Source: an uncultured bacterium (GTDB lineage: Bacteria; SAR324; NAC60-12). From it: 37,329 bases of DNA. Under the pieces are notes generated by a model. That model saw only the letters and a program-made list of their open reading frames with translations. It made no database searches and was not told the origin of the DNA. The stretch's first letter is position 1. The number at the start of each line of letters is the position of its first letter. Positions 35,711 through 37,329 of this stretch are shown one piece after another. Made by a program: the position numbers and the translations under genes. The stretch is from positions 1 through 37,329 of the forward strand of contig CAXGMD010000028.1 of NCBI GenBank assembly GCA_964010765.1, given 5' to 3'.

Positions 35711-37315
35711 ATGAGACTCTCTGTTGGCAGTAAATTGCTCCTACTCATTACGATTGGGGGAGGATTGGCTCTTACACTGATGGCGGTTGTTCTGATCGGA
35801 ATGGAACTAAACAGGGCAGACCAACGTTTTGTTGAGCGTTATCAAGGCCTTTCAGATTTGATGTCCACTGAACTAGCTCCAGCGCTGCACCTGTCTGATG
35901 AGAGAATCATTGGGAAACGCATCCAAGCCTTTTTGAGTGTCGCAAAGAATGATCTTGTGTTACTGCGAGCCTATGATCTCGAGGGAACTCAAATTTATGA
36001 ATATGGAAAAGCAGACTTTGAAACCCAACTCAACCAACTGATCCTGAATCGATTGCCAACTCTCCAGACAGGGCAAATTGTGATTGAGCAGAATGAGGAA
36101 AATCTGGTCCTGCTTCAACCAGCTCGGCTCGCCAGCGATGAAATGGCCGGCTATGTGGGATTGATTTGGAGCCGTCTGGAGCTACAAAATCAACGTGAGG
36201 AATTAATAATTACCTCAGCATGGTTGATTCTTGCCATGCTCCTGGGAACTAGTTTGAGCTTACTAGGGGCGGTGTACCTCTTTATTACCAGACCAGTTGG
36301 ACAAATGCTTCTTTCACTTGATACAAGTTCGCGAGAAATTGCCGATTCAAATATAGAACTTTCAGAACGGACTCTGAGGCAAAGCTCTTCACTCGAAGAA
36401 ACCGCAGCTTCGATGGAACAGATGTCGAGCATCATGGAAAATAATGCTGAAGAATCCAAGAAAGCTGCTCAGTTGATGCGCGGAACTCGTCAAACTGCAG
36501 ATCAAGTTCGTGACAACCTTTTAGCTGCGGTCACCCAAGCGATCTCTTCAAACGAAAAAACCCTGACACAGTTGCAAGGAACCAACGAACGTGTCGTTGG
36601 AGCAATGTCAGCAATATCAAGCAACTCTCAAAAAATTGAAGGTATTATCAGCTTGATAAACGAGATTTCTTTCCAGACTAACCTTCTAGCCCTGAATGCG
36701 TCTGTGGAAGCTGCTCGTGCTGGGGAACATGGAAAGGGATTTGCCGTAGTTGCCACGGAGGTACGCAAACTAGCGCATCGCTCTGCAAGGGCTGCTGCTG
36801 AAATTGGGAATCTGATTGAAACCAGCAAGCAAAGTATTCAGCAAGGGAGAGAGTTTGTTAAAGATAGTGACGAATCCCTTAGTGAAATGCGAACTGAATC
36901 CCAAGCAACTCTTGAAGGCCTCCACCAACAAAGTAGTGAGAATCTGGAAGCAATTCTTCGAGCGGTCATTGAGTTCTCCGAAGTGATGGAGAGCATAGAG
37001 GTCGCCTCCGCAGAGCACGCCAATGGGATCAACCAGGTCAACAAAGCTATTATGGACATGGACCAACTGACTCAAGAGAATGCAACAATGGTCGAGCAGA
37101 GTGCTGCAGCTAGCGAACAAATGGCTTCGCAGGCAGAGCGTTTACGTCAACTCTTTGTCCCAGGACAACGTCGCAACTACCAGAAAAAGGCCACCACCAA
37201 AAAAAGAATTGAGGGCGACCACAATCTAAAAGATTCCAAATCACTCCCTGAGCCCAACTACAAAAAATCACGCTTTACAAATCAATCAAACACTGAAGAA
37301 GATTTTTTTGAGTAG
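35711..37315 (+). CDS. methyl-accepting chemotaxis protein with periplasmic sensor domain
   Basis: Two TM helices around a ~130-aa periplasmic domain; motifs [44 protein letters not shown] and [15 protein letters not shown]. Confidence 0.95.
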   Translation: MRLSVGSKLLLLITIGGGLALTLMAVVLIGMELNRADQRFVERYQGLSDLMSTELAPALHLSDERIIGKRIQAFLSVAKNDLVLLRAYDLEGTQIYEYGKADFETQLNQLILNRLPTLQTGQIVIEQNEENLVLLQPARLASDEMAGYVGLIWSRLELQNQREELIITSAWLILAMLLGTSLSLLGAVYLFITRPVGQMLLSLDTSSREIADSNIELSERTLRQSSSLEETAASMEQMSSIMENNAEESKKAAQLMRGTRQTADQVRDNLLAAVTQAISSNEKTLTQLQGTNERVVGAMSAISSNSQKIEGIISLINEISFQTNLLALNASVEAARAGEHGKGFAVVATEVRKLAHRSARAAAEIGNLIETSKQSIQQGREFVKDSDESLSEMRTESQATLEGLHQQSSENLEAILRAVIEFSEVMESIEVASAEHANGINQVNKAIMDMDQLTQENATMVEQSAAASEQMASQAERLRQLFVPGQRRNYQKKATTKKRIEGDHNLKDSKSLPEPNYKKSRFTNQSNTEEDFFE

Positions 37316-37329
37316 TCCATAATCGTTCC

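Noticed and set aside
37283..37315. CheR/CheB-binding pentapeptide at the MCP C-terminus (TEEDFFE)
   Set aside because: Acidic and aromatic on a flexible tail, but it does not end in an aromatic residue as NWETF-type motifs do.
1..37329. CRISPR arrays, IS/transposases, integrases, tRNA/rRNA, defence systems
   Set aside because: No regularly spaced repeats or relevant protein motifs seen, and no intergenic gap exceeds about 400 nt. Small RNAs cannot be excluded without a covariance-model search.

Overview
Bacterial window made up almost entirely of intact protein-coding genes. I see no rRNA/tRNA, IS element, prophage or CRISPR array. It opens with the 3' part of lnt and a class I/II aminotransferase. 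About 22 kb (2509-24789) is an expanded inositol-catabolism island. It holds a complete canonical pathway (iolG, iolE, iolD, iolB, iolC fused to a DUF2090 aldolase-like domain, iolA/mmsA), an RpiR/IolR regulator and a sugar ABC transporter. Interleaved with these are eight enzymes the canonical myo-inositol route does not need: an aldo-keto reductase, an SDR, two extra Gfo/Idh/MocA dehydrogenases, an IlvD/Edd sugar-acid dehydratase ending in Phe rather than His, a variant HpcH/HpaI aldolase, a D-2-hydroxyacid dehydrogenase and a non-CoA aldehyde dehydrogenase. A shared xGAA-N6-TTCx palindrome sits upstream of iolC, the aldolase unit and iolD, suggesting the extra enzymes belong to the IolR regulon. 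The best candidate for an undescribed system is therefore a non-phosphorylative dehydratase/aldolase branch co-regulated with inositol catabolism; its substrate is unknown. Downstream are two DMT transporters, two TAXI-TRAP systems (the second followed directly by csiD/glaH with no lhgO), and a DUF4399-like gene coupled to a HAMP-less chemoreceptor with symmetric 22-residue (non-heptad) insertions. Family calls come from motif recognition and remembered reference sequences, not database searches. The host could be a marine delta-type lineage such as SAR324, but the sequence alone does not establish this.
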